NCBI GenBank assembly: GCA_965208835.1
Contig: OZ242358.1
Span: 352,001-416,000, forward strand
Direction of reading: 5' to 3'
Length of the DNA: 64,000 nucleotides
Origin: Candidatus Latescibacterota bacterium
GTDB lineage: Bacteria; Latescibacterota; UBA2968; GCA-2709665
Both the position numbers and the translations under genes were made by a program. Below the pieces are notes generated by a model, which saw only the letters and a list, made by a program, of their open reading frames with translations, ran no database searches and was not told where the DNA came from. Each line of letters begins with the position of its first letter. The stretch's first letter is position 1. Shown here piece after piece: positions 1 through 10,914 of the stretch.

Positions 1-3000
1 GGCGGACATCCCCGGAATACGCGAATGCAACCTTGCCAGCCGCCACCCGGTCCGGCGACCCGGCAGCTTCAGCCACCGTCTTCAGGCCGTCCCGCAGCGA
101 CCGCGCATCGCCGAAAACCACGCCCGCCCTGTAGTCCAGATGGCTCCGGCATGTCCCCGCGGTCCAGGCCATATCCGCGAGCACGTCCTGCAGCGCTTCT
201 TCGGAAGCCGTCTCTGCAGCCCTGTCGTCGAGCCAGTCGAGATACCGCCCCGCCAGGTCAATCAGCGCGCCACCCGCCTTCCCGGATAGCGGAAGGAAAC
301 GCGTCTTCCGCGGTTGACACACGTTGTTCTCCGGGACCGCCAGGTCCGCGATCGGCTCCGGCAGTGATACGTCGACGAAGCACGCGGCGCCCGCGGGGAC
401 GGGATCCGCATCATTGGGTGAAGCGACCTCCGATGCGTAACCTTCCACCACGACATGGGCGTTCGTGCCCGAGACGCCGAAGGCGCTCACCCCTGCTCGC
501 GGCGGTCGATCGGTGTTGGCCGGCCAGTCGGTGTTAGCCGACACCACGCGTACCGGCAGGCTGTCCCAGTCCACGTGCGGGCTTGGTTCGCTGAAATGCA
601 GGTTCCGGGGAATCACACCGCGTTTCATCGCCAGGACGGTTTTGACAAGGCTCGCAACCCCCGCAGCGGGCTCGAGATGGCCGATGTTGGTCTTCACCGA
701 ACCCACCAGCAACGGCCGTTCGGCGTCACGTTCCCTGCCGTAGACCGCCGCCGCGGCGTGAAGCTCGATCGGGTCGCCAAGCCCCGATCCGGCTCCGTGC
801 GCCTCCAGATAATCCACCTCCGAAGGGTCGACGTTCCCGCGCGCAAGGGCGGACTCGATGACCCGCTCCTGCGCGGGGCCGTTCGGGACAGTCGGGCCGG
901 CGCTCGCTCCGTTCTGGTTCACCGCCGAACCGCGAATAACGCCCCAGATGCGGTCACCGTCGGCCTCGGCCTGGCCAAGCCGTTTCAGAACGACCATACC
1001 ACAGCCCTCCGCTCGCACGAATCCGTCCGCGGATGCATCGAATGCCCTGCACCGCCCGCTTGGCGACAACATCCCCAAATCTGCCATTTCTCTCGTCAGT
1101 TCAGGCGAAAGAGCGGCGTGGGAGCCTCCAACCAGTGCCATGTCCACTTCTCCCGCCCGCAGGGCAGCGACCGCGTAATGTACCGCAACAAGTGACGACG
1201 CACAGTTGAGCTCCACCGGAATTGTGGGGCCCTCCAGTCCCAGTACGAAGGAAAGACGTCCGACGGCCATGCTGGCTGCGGTATTCAGATAGCTGACACC
1301 GTAGTCATCGCTGGACATCAGAAGCCGGTATTCGCTGGTGGAAATACCCGCATACACTCCCGTGAGGGTGCCCCGCAACCGGTCCGGATCCATCCCCGCG
1401 TCCTCAAGCGCCTGCCAGCTCGTTTCCAGGAGCATCCGCTGACGAGGATCCATCGTGCGCGCCTCGATCGGCGTAATCCGGAAGAACCTCGAGTCGAATT
1501 GATCGATCTCATCCACGAATCCGCCCTGTCGGTACGCGGCATACTCGACTGGAAGGTCTTTGGCGAAACCGCCAGAGGCGCCGGAGTCCCCGCGTCCGTC
1601 CGTCACCGCGTCTTCGCCCGCTTCGAGGTGGCGCCAGAATGCGTCGAGATCGGGTGCGCCGGGGAACCGGCACGCCATACCCACGATCGCAATGCCGCCT
1701 TCCTCCTTTTCCTGTCGCACAACCGGCTGAGGCGCCGGCTCGGGTTCTTCCTCGGCGACCGGTTCACTGCTGACCTCGCCCAGTTCTCCTGCCAGGTGAC
1801 TCGCGAGACTGGCGATGTCCGGGTAGTCGAATACCACTGTATTGGGTACGACGTACTGGTCGGAGAATGCCCGGTTAAGGCGGTTTCGCAGCTCTACGGC
1901 CATAAGCGAGTCCATACCCAGATCGAAAAATCCCACCGAGGGCTCAGGCGCCGCCGGAAGCCTGAGTACCGCCTGCACCTCCTGCTGCAGGAACGACACG
2001 AGCAGTTCTTCCGGCGCCGCGGGCGTTCCGCGCAGCCGGGACATCAGGTCCTCGGAAGACGCAGCTGCGTCGGCCTCGTCATCCGTTGTCGCGGAAAGCA
2101 GATCATCGAGAAAAGGCGGCCGGTCCTGGACAGCCTCCTCAAACACCGACCAGTCCATCGACATCACCACGGAATTCGTAACGTCCTGACGTACAAGCTG
2201 GTCGAACGCCCGCATACCCTGCTGCGGGGTGAACCAGCGCCCGCCGAGCGCCGACCGCTGCCGGTCGATCCGTTCCCGCTGTTCCGCGGCCTCGCCGATT
2301 TCCGACCACGCCCCCCAGGCGATGGCCTGGCCGGGGAGTCCCAACGCGCGGCGGTGACCGGCGAGCTGATCCAGAAACGCGTTTGCCGAAGCGTGGTTCG
2401 CCTGCCCCGGATTGCCCATGACGCCGACCCGGCTGGAGAACAACACGAACATATCCAGATCGCGGTCCATCGTGGCCCGATGCAGGTGCCATGCGCCGAG
2501 GACCTTCGGCCCGAGTACCGTTTCGAAACGGTCCCAGGTCTGGTTGGTCAGTGCGCCGTCGGAGAGTACCCCCACGCTGTGGATCACGCCCCCGAGCGGT
2601 GGTAGTGTCGCATCCATCCTCTCCAGCATCTCGTCGATAGCGGCGGCGTCCGTCACGTCCGCCAGTTCTACCTGCACCGTAGCGCCGCCCTCGCGCAGCC
2701 TGCGAATCGCTTCCTCGGCCTCGTCATCGGGCGCCCGGCGTCCGTTCAACACGATGGCGCCTGCTCCGCGGTCCGCCAGCCAGGCCGCGACGGCGCATCC
2801 GATTCCGCCCAGACCGCCCGTAACAAGATAGGTCCGGTCCTGGCGCAGCGTGCCGTTCTGCACGGGCGGCGTTGTTACGACGATCTTCCCGAGGTGGCGT
2901 GCAGCGCGCATGAAGCTCAGGGCGGCTCCGGCCTCGGCGAGCGGCCACCTGCTGTGGGTGATCGCTTCGAGTTCTCCGGACGAAAGGCGAGTCATTACAT

Positions 3001-6000
3001 CCCGGAGGACCCTTCCCACCCATTCGGGGTCGGTCTTTTTCATCACGTCCAGTTCAAGGATGTCGTACGGCACGTCCGGCCGCACCGCCGCCATCTCCTC
3101 CTCGCTCAGAATATCCCGCCTGGCCAGTTCCACGAAGCGTCCGCCGCGCCTGAGACAGGACAGACTCGCATCGATGAAGCCTTCTCCCGTAAGGCTGTTC
3201 AGTACCACGTCCACACCCGCGCCGTCCGTGGCCTCCAGGATTTCCCGGCCGAAGTTCGTCGTGCGGCTGTCGAAAATGTGTTTCACCCCCAACGATCGGA
3301 GATACGCCTGCTTGGGGGCGCTCGCGGTGGCGAAGACCTCCGCTCCCGCGGCCTGCACCAGCTGGATGGCAGCCAGTCCGACGCCGCCCGCCCCCGCGTG
3401 AATCAGAACCCGCTCGCCGGCCTCAAGACCGGAAAACTCGAATGACAACGCTGCGGACACGAACGCGCTTGGCACCGTGGCAAGTCCGGAGACCGAGTAT
3501 CCCGATGGCGCGGGCGCCACCAGTTGCTCGTGCGTGACCATCTGCTGACCGAATGCACCGAAGCCCAATCCGACCACATGGTCGCCCACCGAGACGGTTG
3601 ATACTTCGGAGCCGACCTCGAGGATGTGGCCGCACATTTCTCTGCCAAGATTGCCCTCTTCGATAAAGCCGAGGGAACGAAAGACATCCCAGAAGTTGAG
3701 CCCGGCCGCTTCCACAGCAACGCGAACTTCCCACGGCTCGAGAGATCGTTTGGGCAGCGGGAGGACCTGCGGCCGGTCGAATACGCCGGTCGGATCCGGA
3801 GCCAGCACCCAATCCGACGCCTCGGGCAGCGACAGCCGCTCACCTTCGGTCCCGGCCTGAACCAGGCGCGCCACCTGACGGCGGCCGGACCGATACGCGA
3901 TGTGATTTTCGGAATCCGGATAGAGAAGCTCGTTGGCGAGATCGGGCGCGGGCGCCATCTCGCCCGGGTCCAGATCGATCATCCGCGGCTGGAGATGCGC
4001 CGCTTCACGGGCTACGGCCTTGCCGAAGCCCCACAGCGTGGCGCCGACGAGTTCTCCGCCCCGCTCACGTTCCAGTACCTGGGCACCCCGTGTGATCAAC
4101 CAGACTCCGTTTTCCGGAACGACGTCGGCGTCGGCGATGCCCTGCACGAGCGCGAGCGCGCTCGCTCCCGCCCGCTTCACGTCCTCCGCCAATTCCTGCG
4201 TTGTGGCCTGTGCCCCGTGACCGTCCAGTCCCGCGAGATGCACGACGCCGCGCAGCGGCACCTCGTCAGGCAGATCTGCCAGAAGCGCGCGCCAGGACTC
4301 GCGACAATCTGTCTCCACGCCAGTGTTGAAGACACCCGTGACGTCGCCCGCGGGTTCCTTGTCGTCCTGCATTTCACTGCCGGCAAGCACGACAGTCTGG
4401 TTCCGCGCGGCTAATTCGGCTGCCATTCTCGACGCGGAACCTCCCCGGTCCGCAGCCAGAACCCAGGCGCCGGGAGCCTCGGCCACTTTCGCCGGACCCT
4501 GCGCCACGATGACACCCTTGTCAAGCGTCCGGGACGTGTCGGACTCGTCCGCCCCCAGGACTTCCACGCCTTCGAATCCTGCGCCGCCGAGAGCATAGCG
4601 CCAGATCGGGGGGCCGGCGAGGGCGTGGTGGGGACGGTAGTCGTCGGCGAACCGCCACCAGCCATCCAGCTGCCCGAAGGTCAGGTCCATCCATCCCAGC
4701 CCACTCAGGTTTTCAAGTGCGATCAGGTGCCCTGACGGCGCGAGAAGGTCCCGGCAGTGGGCCAGCGTCTCGCTCAGGTACCGCGTCGCGTGCAGCACGT
4801 TGGATGCGATCAGCAGGTCGTAACCGTGGGCGTCGAAGCCCTGCTCAACCGGGTCCTTTTCGATATCCAGCGGACGGTACTCGATGCAGCCGCCGCCGTC
4901 GCCGAACCTCGCTTCCGCCTCGGAAAAGAAGCCCGCGGAGATGTCCGTATACATGTAATCGAACTGCCCATCGGGAAGTTCCGGAAGTACGGAAGCGGTC
5001 GCCGATCCGGTTCCCGCTCCGACCTCGATGACTCTCAGGCGTCGGCCTTCGGGCAACGCAGCCACCAGCGCTTGGACCGCATCCGCCAGCATCCGGTTCG
5101 CAGCGCGTGCGACCGGCGCCTTCAGATACAGATCGGCCGCTGTCGGTTCACCGCTGCTGAACAGAAGTGTCAGCGGATCTTCACGACCGCGAAGCACGTC
5201 CGCCAGGGCATTGCCGGAACGCCGGAACAAGCCGGTCTCGATCTGGCCGTCGGGGTGCAGGTCGACCATGCGCGAAGCGAACTCCTCGAGGTCGTCTGGC
5301 AGGCCTTCGGGGAGCGGATCACCAGGGCCCACGACCACGGTGAATCCGTCGCCCGCTTCCTTCACGACCCCCGACCTGGCGAGCATCTCGAACAGCCGCC
5401 GAAAGAGGCGGCTGTGCTCCGGAAGGATGTCCAATTCGTCCCGCAACACCTCCGGATCGACGGTTTCTCCTGCCTGCCGCCGCCAGCCCAGCTCTTCCAG
5501 CGTCGCGAGCGCGCGGGACCGGGACCACCGTTCCAGGTCCGCCAGCAATGCGTCCCTGTCATCGGGATCGACTCCCGCGTCCGTGAGATATCCGGCGAAC
5601 GTCTGTGAGCCGGCCGCGACGGCCGCCGGGGTCGGGAAGAAGCCCGCGGACGTTATTCCGGCGGGAAGGTCGCACTCGCGCCAGACCACCTCGTACAGGA
5701 GGTCCTTGACGCCTTCGACCGCGGCGAGCAGCGCTTCCTGCGTGGCCCGTTTTACCGTGTACCCGCTCAGGCGGCCAAGATGCGCACCGTTCGGGTCGTA
5801 AATGTCAATCTCACCGCTCAGCACCTCAGGGGGCTCACCGGCCGCGGCTTCCGCCTCGCTGGATGCTTCGCTGAGTCGCACGTGACAAACCACCCGGTCC
5901 GGCAGCGTTCCCGCCAGCCAGAGCCGCTCCCACGCGAACGGCAGATACGTGGCTCCGCCCTCCTTGCCTGCCAGATTGCGCGCCGCGCCCACAACCTGGA

Positions 6001-9000
6001 AACAGCCGTCCAGCACGAGCGGATGGACATCCAGACCATGACCTGAAAGCGACTCAGGTAGAGACACCTCGCCCAGCGCCTCGCCTGGACGCGACCAGAC
6101 CCTGCCAAGCGTACGGAAGAACGGCCCGAGGTCGACGCCGGTACTCGCCCTGTGGCGGTAGTAGTCCGCCACGTCCATGGGGGAAAGCGCGCTCTTCACG
6201 CTTTCGAGATCGATTCGTCCGCCAGGATCGGGAGCCGGAGCTCCCGGCGCAAGAACGCCCTCCACGTGAACGGTCCAGTCTCCTTCGCCGCCGCTGCTGA
6301 AGATCTGGACACCGCGCGGTGAACCCGGTTCGCGGGTATCGAGCCCGACCTGCATCCTCCTGCCCGCGTCACCCTCGCCGTCTTCGTCCTCTTCGAAAAC
6401 CAGGGCATTGTGCAACTGGAAGTTCTCCACGACCACGGGACCTGCTTCCTCAAGGCGAGACGCGGCACAGGCCATCGCGCCGTAGAGCGCGCCGGGCGCG
6501 ACGATCCTGCCGAACACCTTGTGATCGTTCAACCAGGCCGGGTCCGACGGAAACACTTCCGTCTCGAAGGTAACCTCTCCACGCGCGGATTCGTGCCGGA
6601 CGCCAAGCAGCGGATGGCCGGCTCCGCCGGCCCGTCGTCTCGGAGGCTGGATCCAGTGTCTACGGCGCTGAAACGGATAGCTGGGCAGAGAGACCCGTCG
6701 GCGGTTCTCCCCTGCGAAGAGCCCGGCGAAGCCAACCGGGAGTCCCGCCTCGTATGCCTCTGCCACTGCCGCTACGAAACCATCGGCATTCCGGGTCTCC
6801 TCAGCACCGTCCGAAGGCGGGCGGAGGCTGGACAGCACCACCGGCGCCGGTGTTTCCGGCGATTCAGGCCAGGACGCGGCCGCCAACGGAGCGAGTACAG
6901 ATCGCGGACCGATCTCCAGCACCACGTCGACGCCCTGATCCGCCAGCGTCTTCACACCCTGGGCAAACGCCACCGCCTCCCGGGCGTGCCTGCGCCAATA
7001 AGCGCCGCCTTGGGTCTGCCCCGGTTCTACAGCCTGACCCGTCAGGTTGCTGACAACGGCAAGTGAGGGAGACTGGATCTCCAGGCCGCTGAGAAAGCTC
7101 TCCAGTTCGTCAAGAATGGGCTCAACGAGGGCGCTGTGGAACGCCTTGGTCGTGTTCAACCGCCTGACCCTCACGCCTGCCGTGGCGAATCGATTCGAGA
7201 TCGCCTCGATGCCCGCTGCAGGACCACTGACAACCTGGTGGGTACCGTTGTACCCCGATATGCTCAACCCGGCATCCTGAGAGCTCGCGTTCACGACTTC
7301 CTCGACGCGATCGGCTGGCGCAAATACAGCGGCCATGCTTCCCGGTTCCATCTTCGACATCAACGCGCCGCGTACCGCGGCGAACCGCATTCCGTCCTCC
7401 AGGCTGAATACGCCCGCCGCCTGCGACGCCGCGAGTTCCCCGATGCTGTGTCCCAGAACGACGTCGGGACGGATACCGACGCTCGACCAGAGCGCCGTCA
7501 GCGCGCATTCCAGCGCGTAGAGAGCAGGTTGCTCCCAGGCCGTGTCGCCGAGTTCCCCCTCGCTTCCGACATTTCCGAACATCACATCCAGCAGCGAGGC
7601 TCCCCGTTCTTCAAGTATCACCGCCTCGCAGCGGTCCATCACCGCCCTTGCGACGGGCTCCGTCTCGTACAGTCCACGTCCCATGCCTGCCCACTGGCTC
7701 CCCTGTCCCGTGTAGGCGAACGCCACCCTGGCGCGAGTCCGCGAGAAGGAGCCCAGGTTTCCCTCCTGGACATCCCTAAGCTGATTGCGCAACGTTTCCA
7801 CGTCCTTGAAGACGACGCCCGCGCGGTGGTCGAAGTGACTCCGGCCCACGCCCGCAGTCCAGGACATGTCAGCCAGTATCTCACTATCGTCGGAGGAGAT
7901 TTCGTCAGCGGCTTCCCCCAGCCGCGAAAGGTAACGCCCGGCAAGATCGCACAGCGCACCATCGGATTTTCCCGATAGCGGAAGCAGGCGGACCCGGCGC
8001 GGTTGGACTTTCCGTTCAGCGATCGGGAGATCCCCCACCGCTGCCGGAAGTGAGACCGCTACGGGCATCGCGGCACCGGCAGTCCCCGGTTTTCCGGCGG
8101 CGGCGTCCGGCGCACGGTATTCCTCCATTACGATATGGGCGTTGGTCCCGGATATGCCGAAGGAGTTAACTCCGGCGAGTCGGGTACTCCCCGGACGGCG
8201 CGGCCAGTCCATCATCGACGACGTCACGTGCAGGGGCAGCCGGTCCCAGTCTACGCTCGGATTGGGATCCCGGAAGTGGAGGTGCTTCGGGATCACTCCC
8301 CGGTTCAGTACGAGCGCGGTCTTGATCACACCTGCTACGCCAGCGGCCGACTCCAGGTGGCCGATATTGGTCTTCACGGATCCGATGAGGAGCGGCCGGT
8401 CGGCCTTTCGTCCACGCCCGTAGACACTCGCCACGGCATCGATCTCGATAGGATCGCCGACGGTGGTTCCCTTCCCGTGCGCCTCGAGGTAATCCACGTC
8501 AAGCGGGGAGATGCCGCCCTCGGACAGTGCGGTTTCGATCACTTCTTCGAGCGCTGGCGTGTTCGGCACCGTCAGCCCCGTACTGGCCCCGCCATGGTTA
8601 ACCGCCGAGCCCCGGATGACCGCCCAGATCCGGTCCCCGTCAGCCTCAGCCTCGCTCAGCCGCTTCAGCACGACGACCCCGCAGCCCTCGCCACGCACAT
8701 AGCCGTTTGCCGAGGCGTCAAAGGTCTTGCACTGTCCGTCCGGAGACAGCATCATCGCCTCCGCGCGCAATTCGTAGATGCGACCGTTCAGTATTGCCTG
8801 CACGCCGCCGGCAATGGCCAGATCGGCTTTGCCCTGTTGCAGGTCCGCCACTGCGTCATTGACCGATACCATGGACGACGCGCACGCGGCGTCGACCGCC
8901 TTGGCCGGTCCCCTGAGCCCCAGTACGAATGAGACCCGCCCACTGGCGCCGTTCAGGTTCGTGCCGCTGAGGGCATAGAGACACCCGGCAGCCTCGGCGG

Positions 9001-9478
9001 GCTTGATTGAGTCCACCACCAGCATTCGGTATTCATCGTTGCTGATCCCGGTGTAGACGCCCGTGCGGGTCTCTCTCAACCCCTCCGGATCGATTCCTGC
9101 GTCCTCAAGCGCCTCCCAGCTCGTCTCCAGCATCATTCGCTGTTGCGGGTCCAGAAACTCCGCTTCCACGGGCGAAATCCGGAAAAAGGTGTCGTCGAAA
9201 AGGTCGATGTCGTCGACGAATGCGCCGAAACGACAACCCTCGTTCTGCCCTGCGTTTTCGGCGAAGATCTGCCCCCAGCGGCCCGTCCCGGAGCCCGGGA
9301 CACCCTCACCTACGGCATTCCCGCCGGCTTCGAGCAATCGCCAGAATGAAGCGATGTCCGCCGCGCCGGGGAATCGACACGCCATGCCCACGGTTGCTAT
9401 CGGCTGCGCGGACCCGGAACTCATGCTCCGGTCGTCCGGGTTCCCCAGGGATTCAATGTGCCCATCTGCTTCCATCAT
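1..9478 (-). CDS. Type I polyketide synthase, SupA-like (KS-AT-DH-cMT-ER-KR-ACP-KS-AT...), 3' end outside window
   Basis: Manual minus-strand translation from ATG 9478 (RBS AGGAG). KS1: [33 protein letters not shown]: GHSIG and KAFH. DH: HPLLG and [10 protein letters not shown]. cMT: [11 protein letters not shown]: [12 protein letters not shown]: [13 protein letters not shown]: DLGMDSL. KS2: ELNCASS. Start of a second AT: VAFAYSG. The frame at position 2 matches the start codon. Confidence 0.95.
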   Translation of the reverse strand, partial: MMEADGHIESLGNPDDRSMSSGSAQPIATVGMACRFPGAADIASFWRLLEAGGNAVGEGVPGSGTGRWGQIFAENAGQNEGCRFGAFVDDIDLFDDTFFRISPVEAEFLDPQQRMMLETSWEALEDAGIDPEGLRETRTGVYTGISNDEYRMLVVDSIKPAEAAGCLYALSGTNLNGASGRVSFVLGLRGPAKAVDAACASSMVSVNDAVADLQQGKADLAIAGGVQAILNGRIYELRAEAMMLSPDGQCKTFDASANGYVRGEGCGVVVLKRLSEAEADGDRIWAVIRGSAVNHGGASTGLTVPNTPALEEVIETALSEGGISPLDVDYLEAHGKGTTVGDPIEIDAVASVYGRGRKADRPLLIGSVKTNIGHLESAAGVAGVIKTALVLNRGVIPKHLHFRDPNPSVDWDRLPLHVTSSMMDWPRRPGSTRLAGVNSFGISGTNAHIVMEEYRAPDAAAGKPGTAGAAMPVAVSLPAAVGDLPIAERKVQPRRVRLLPLSGKSDGALCDLAGRYLSRLGEAADEISSDDSEILADMSWTAGVGRSHFDHRAGVVFKDVETLRNQLRDVQEGNLGSFSRTRARVAFAYTGQGSQWAGMGRGLYETEPVARAVMDRCEAVILEERGASLLDVMFGNVGSEGELGDTAWEQPALYALECALTALWSSVGIRPDVVLGHSIGELAASQAAGVFSLEDGMRFAAVRGALMSKMEPGSMAAVFAPADRVEEVVNASSQDAGLSISGYNGTHQVVSGPAAGIEAISNRFATAGVRVRRLNTTKAFHSALVEPILDELESFLSGLEIQSPSLAVVSNLTGQAVEPGQTQGGAYWRRHAREAVAFAQGVKTLADQGVDVVLEIGPRSVLAPLAAASWPESPETPAPVVLSSLRPPSDGAEETRNADGFVAAVAEAYEAGLPVGFAGLFAGENRRRVSLPSYPFQRRRHWIQPPRRRAGGAGHPLLGVRHESARGEVTFETEVFPSDPAWLNDHKVFGRIVAPGALYGAMACAASRLEEAGPVVVENFQLHNALVFEEDEDGEGDAGRRMQVGLDTREPGSPRGVQIFSSGGEGDWTVHVEGVLAPGAPAPDPGGRIDLESVKSALSPMDVADYYRHRASTGVDLGPFFRTLGRVWSRPGEALGEVSLPESLSGHGLDVHPLVLDGCFQVVGAARNLAGKEGGATYLPFAWERLWLAGTLPDRVVCHVRLSEASSEAEAAAGEPPEVLSGEIDIYDPNGAHLGRLSGYTVKRATQEALLAAVEGVKDLLYEVVWRECDLPAGITSAGFFPTPAAVAAGSQTFAGYLTDAGVDPDDRDALLADLERWSRSRALATLEELGWRRQAGETVDPEVLRDELDILPEHSRLFRRLFEMLARSGVVKEAGDGFTVVVGPGDPLPEGLPDDLEEFASRMVDLHPDGQIETGLFRRSGNALADVLRGREDPLTLLFSSGEPTAADLYLKAPVARAANRMLADAVQALVAALPEGRRLRVIEVGAGTGSATASVLPELPDGQFDYMYTDISAGFFSEAEARFGDGGGCIEYRPLDIEKDPVEQGFDAHGYDLLIASNVLHATRYLSETLAHCRDLLAPSGHLIALENLSGLGWMDLTFGQLDGWWRFADDYRPHHALAGPPIWRYALGGAGFEGVEVLGADESDTSRTLDKGVIVAQGPAKVAEAPGAWVLAADRGGSASRMAAELAARNQTVVLAGSEMQDDKEPAGDVTGVFNTGVETDCRESWRALLADLPDEVPLRGVVHLAGLDGHGAQATTQELAEDVKRAGASALALVQGIADADVVPENGVWLITRGAQVLERERGGELVGATLWGFGKAVAREAAHLQPRMIDLDPGEMAPAPDLANELLYPDSENHIAYRSGRRQVARLVQAGTEGERLSLPEASDWVLAPDPTGVFDRPQVLPLPKRSLEPWEVRVAVEAAGLNFWDVFRSLGFIEEGNLGREMCGHILEVGSEVSTVSVGDHVVGLGFGAFGQQMVTHEQLVAPAPSGYSVSGLATVPSAFVSAALSFEFSGLEAGERVLIHAGAGGVGLAAIQLVQAAGAEVFATASAPKQAYLRSLGVKHIFDSRTTNFGREILEATDGAGVDVVLNSLTGEGFIDASLSCLRRGGRFVELARRDILSEEEMAAVRPDVPYDILELDVMKKTDPEWVGRVLRDVMTRLSSGELEAITHSRWPLAEAGAALSFMRAARHLGKIVVTTPPVQNGTLRQDRTYLVTGGLGGIGCAVAAWLADRGAGAIVLNGRRAPDDEAEEAIRRLREGGATVQVELADVTDAAAIDEMLERMDATLPPLGGVIHSVGVLSDGALTNQTWDRFETVLGPKVLGAWHLHRATMDRDLDMFVLFSSRVGVMGNPGQANHASANAFLDQLAGHRRALGLPGQAIAWGAWSEIGEAAEQRERIDRQRSALGGRWFTPQQGMRAFDQLVRQDVTNSVVMSMDWSVFEEAVQDRPPFLDDLLSATTDDEADAAASSEDLMSRLRGTPAAPEELLVSFLQQEVQAVLRLPAAPEPSVGFFDLGMDSLMAVELRNRLNRAFSDQYVVPNTVVFDYPDIASLASHLAGELGEVSSEPVAEEEPEPAPQPVVRQEKEEGGIAIVGMACRFPGAPDLDAFWRHLEAGEDAVTDGRGDSGASGGFAKDLPVEYAAYRQGGFVDEIDQFDSRFFRITPIEARTMDPRQRMLLETSWQALEDAGMDPDRLRGTLTGVYAGISTSEYRLLMSSDDYGVSYLNTAASMAVGRLSFVLGLEGPTIPVELNCASSLVAVHYAVAALRAGEVDMALVGGSHAALSPELTREMADLGMLSPSGRCRAFDASADGFVRAEGCGMVVLKRLGQAEADGDRIWGVIRGSAVNQNGASAGPTVPNGPAQERVIESALARGNVDPSEVDYLEAHGAGSGLGDPIELHAAAAVYGRERDAERPLLVGSVKTNIGHLEPAAGVASLVKTVLAMKRGVIPRNLHFSEPSPHVDWDSLPVRVVSANTDWPANTDRPPRAGVSAFGVSGTNAHVVVEGYASEVASPNDADPVPAGAACFVDVSLPEPIADLAVPENNVCQPRKTRFLPLSGKAGGALIDLAGRYLDWLDDRAAETASEEALQDVLADMAWTAGTCRSHLDYRAGVVFGDARSLRDGLKTVAEAAGSPDRVAAGKVAFAYSGDVR

Positions 9479-9576
9479 GCACTTCTCCTATTTTGCGGAC
9501 TTCGCCGAATCCGAACCGGTCATTTGCCGACCCGTGTATTTGCCGATCGGGATTTGCATCGCAGGCGGTGGGATAT

Positions 9577-10368
9577 TCAGTTGCCCGGATTTCGCTCAAG
9601 CGTTTCCAGCCAGCGATATCCGTAGATCGGGATGTCGTCTGACGGCGGCGTCACGCCACCCCGGAACATGCTGAACCGTACCACCCGTATACGGTAGCTA
9701 TAGCCGTGCACTGGCCGGAAGCCCACGATTTCACTTCGAAACGGGGCGCCATTGACAACTCTGCAGTAGATGGAACGATTGTCGTCGCATTGCACCCGGC
9801 CCGGCCCGACCACGACGATCTCCTCGTCCGTGCCCGTCGCCTCGTCCTTCGTGACGATTTCATCCAGCACATGGCGGCCATCGCCATATTTGTTTACATT
9901 TAAGTGATAGTAAAAACCCGCCTCGTATTCAAAGTTCGTGATGATGTCGTTATATGGAACACCGTTAACCAGCAGGCAGAAGTCATCTGAATTTGAGCAC
10001 GTAACCCGTGTAGGCCCGATAAGCAATGTCGCCGGAGTGGACGGGGCGCGGGTTTTCTCCATTTGTTCAAGCAGACGATAGGCATATCGGCCTGCATCCT
10101 GGGGTGGCTCTCCTCCATTCCAGGGGTCGTATTTTCCAATCCGCAGCCGGTAGGAGTAGCCGGCTTCGAAGGTAAAGCCATCGATTCCGTCGTAAAACAA
10201 GTTGCCGTCAACCACCATGCAGGTCTGCTCGCCGACGCCGTAGCATCTGGCAAGGGCCGGCCCCACGGTAACTTCAATGATCTCGATATAACGCGGTCCC
10301 ACCGCATCTTTGCACGCGAAGGATGCCAGGGTCACAACCACGGGAAGAACAAGCCTTCCGGCTCGCAT
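9577..10368 (-). CDS. Lipoprotein with tandem DUF4377-like repeats
   Basis: ATG 10368 after AAGGAGG; lipobox-like LASFAC; three repeats of the form VGP..xC..C..V.G..F..I.GF.(F/Y)E.G(Y/F).Y.L; PPQDA..Y.Y.L motif. Confidence 0.75.
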   Translation of the reverse strand: MRAGRLVLPVVVTLASFACKDAVGPRYIEIIEVTVGPALARCYGVGEQTCMVVDGNLFYDGIDGFTFEAGYSYRLRIGKYDPWNGGEPPQDAGRYAYRLLEQMEKTRAPSTPATLLIGPTRVTCSNSDDFCLLVNGVPYNDIITNFEYEAGFYYHLNVNKYGDGRHVLDEIVTKDEATGTDEEIVVVGPGRVQCDDNRSIYCRVVNGAPFRSEIVGFRPVHGYSYRIRVVRFSMFRGGVTPPSDDIPIYGYRWLETLERNPGN

Positions 10369-10755
10369 CGGGACCTCCTTCAACAGGGCACACACCCTGT
10401 TGCGTTGTTCCCGGCATTTGAACAGCATCGACTCAACCGGCGGGTGAGCCCTGTCGAACCATCAGGCCGTTTGTACGCCGGCGGGTCAGCTCTGAAGTTG
10501 ACAAAGCCGTCGCATCCATTGTAACTTTTAATATATAACAAAAATCGGCGTTTGAACAATGGCAGGTGGCAGCCATCCGGAAACACCGGCTCATCCTGCA
10601 ATCTTCCAATGGACTGATTCCGGCCTTCGGGCGCGGACGTCACACGACGGCCAAGTCCGGCAGGAGTGGTTGGCATGTCATTGGCTGGTCGACGAATTCC
10701 AGAAGCGATTGTTGTCCCGATCGGCCATCTTCAGGACCCCGCCCTGATCGTCTAA

Positions 10756-10901
10756 CAGTCCGTTGATAAAGTCGCTCTGCAGGCGAGGCCGAAGACAAGG
10801 CGCGCAACCGAGTCCCATCGGGCGATTCGGCGAGGGAGCGCAACGCAGTATTTCGACCGCGAGGGCCGGCCGTAGTCCGGATGGGCTTTCCCAACGGGCT
10901 G
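10756..10901. mobile_element. MITE, copy A (IS5/IS1182-like ends)
   Basis: Imperfect terminal inverted repeats CAGTCCGTTGATAAA / TTTCCCAACGGGCTG; near-identical inverted copy at 22798-22957; no transposase. Confidence 0.8.
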
Positions 10902-10914
10902 CCAAGGGGGATAG

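Noticed and set aside
25-9674. Many plus-strand and short minus-strand ORFs in the track
   Set aside because: Shadow frames of the large minus-strand PKS in GC-rich DNA.
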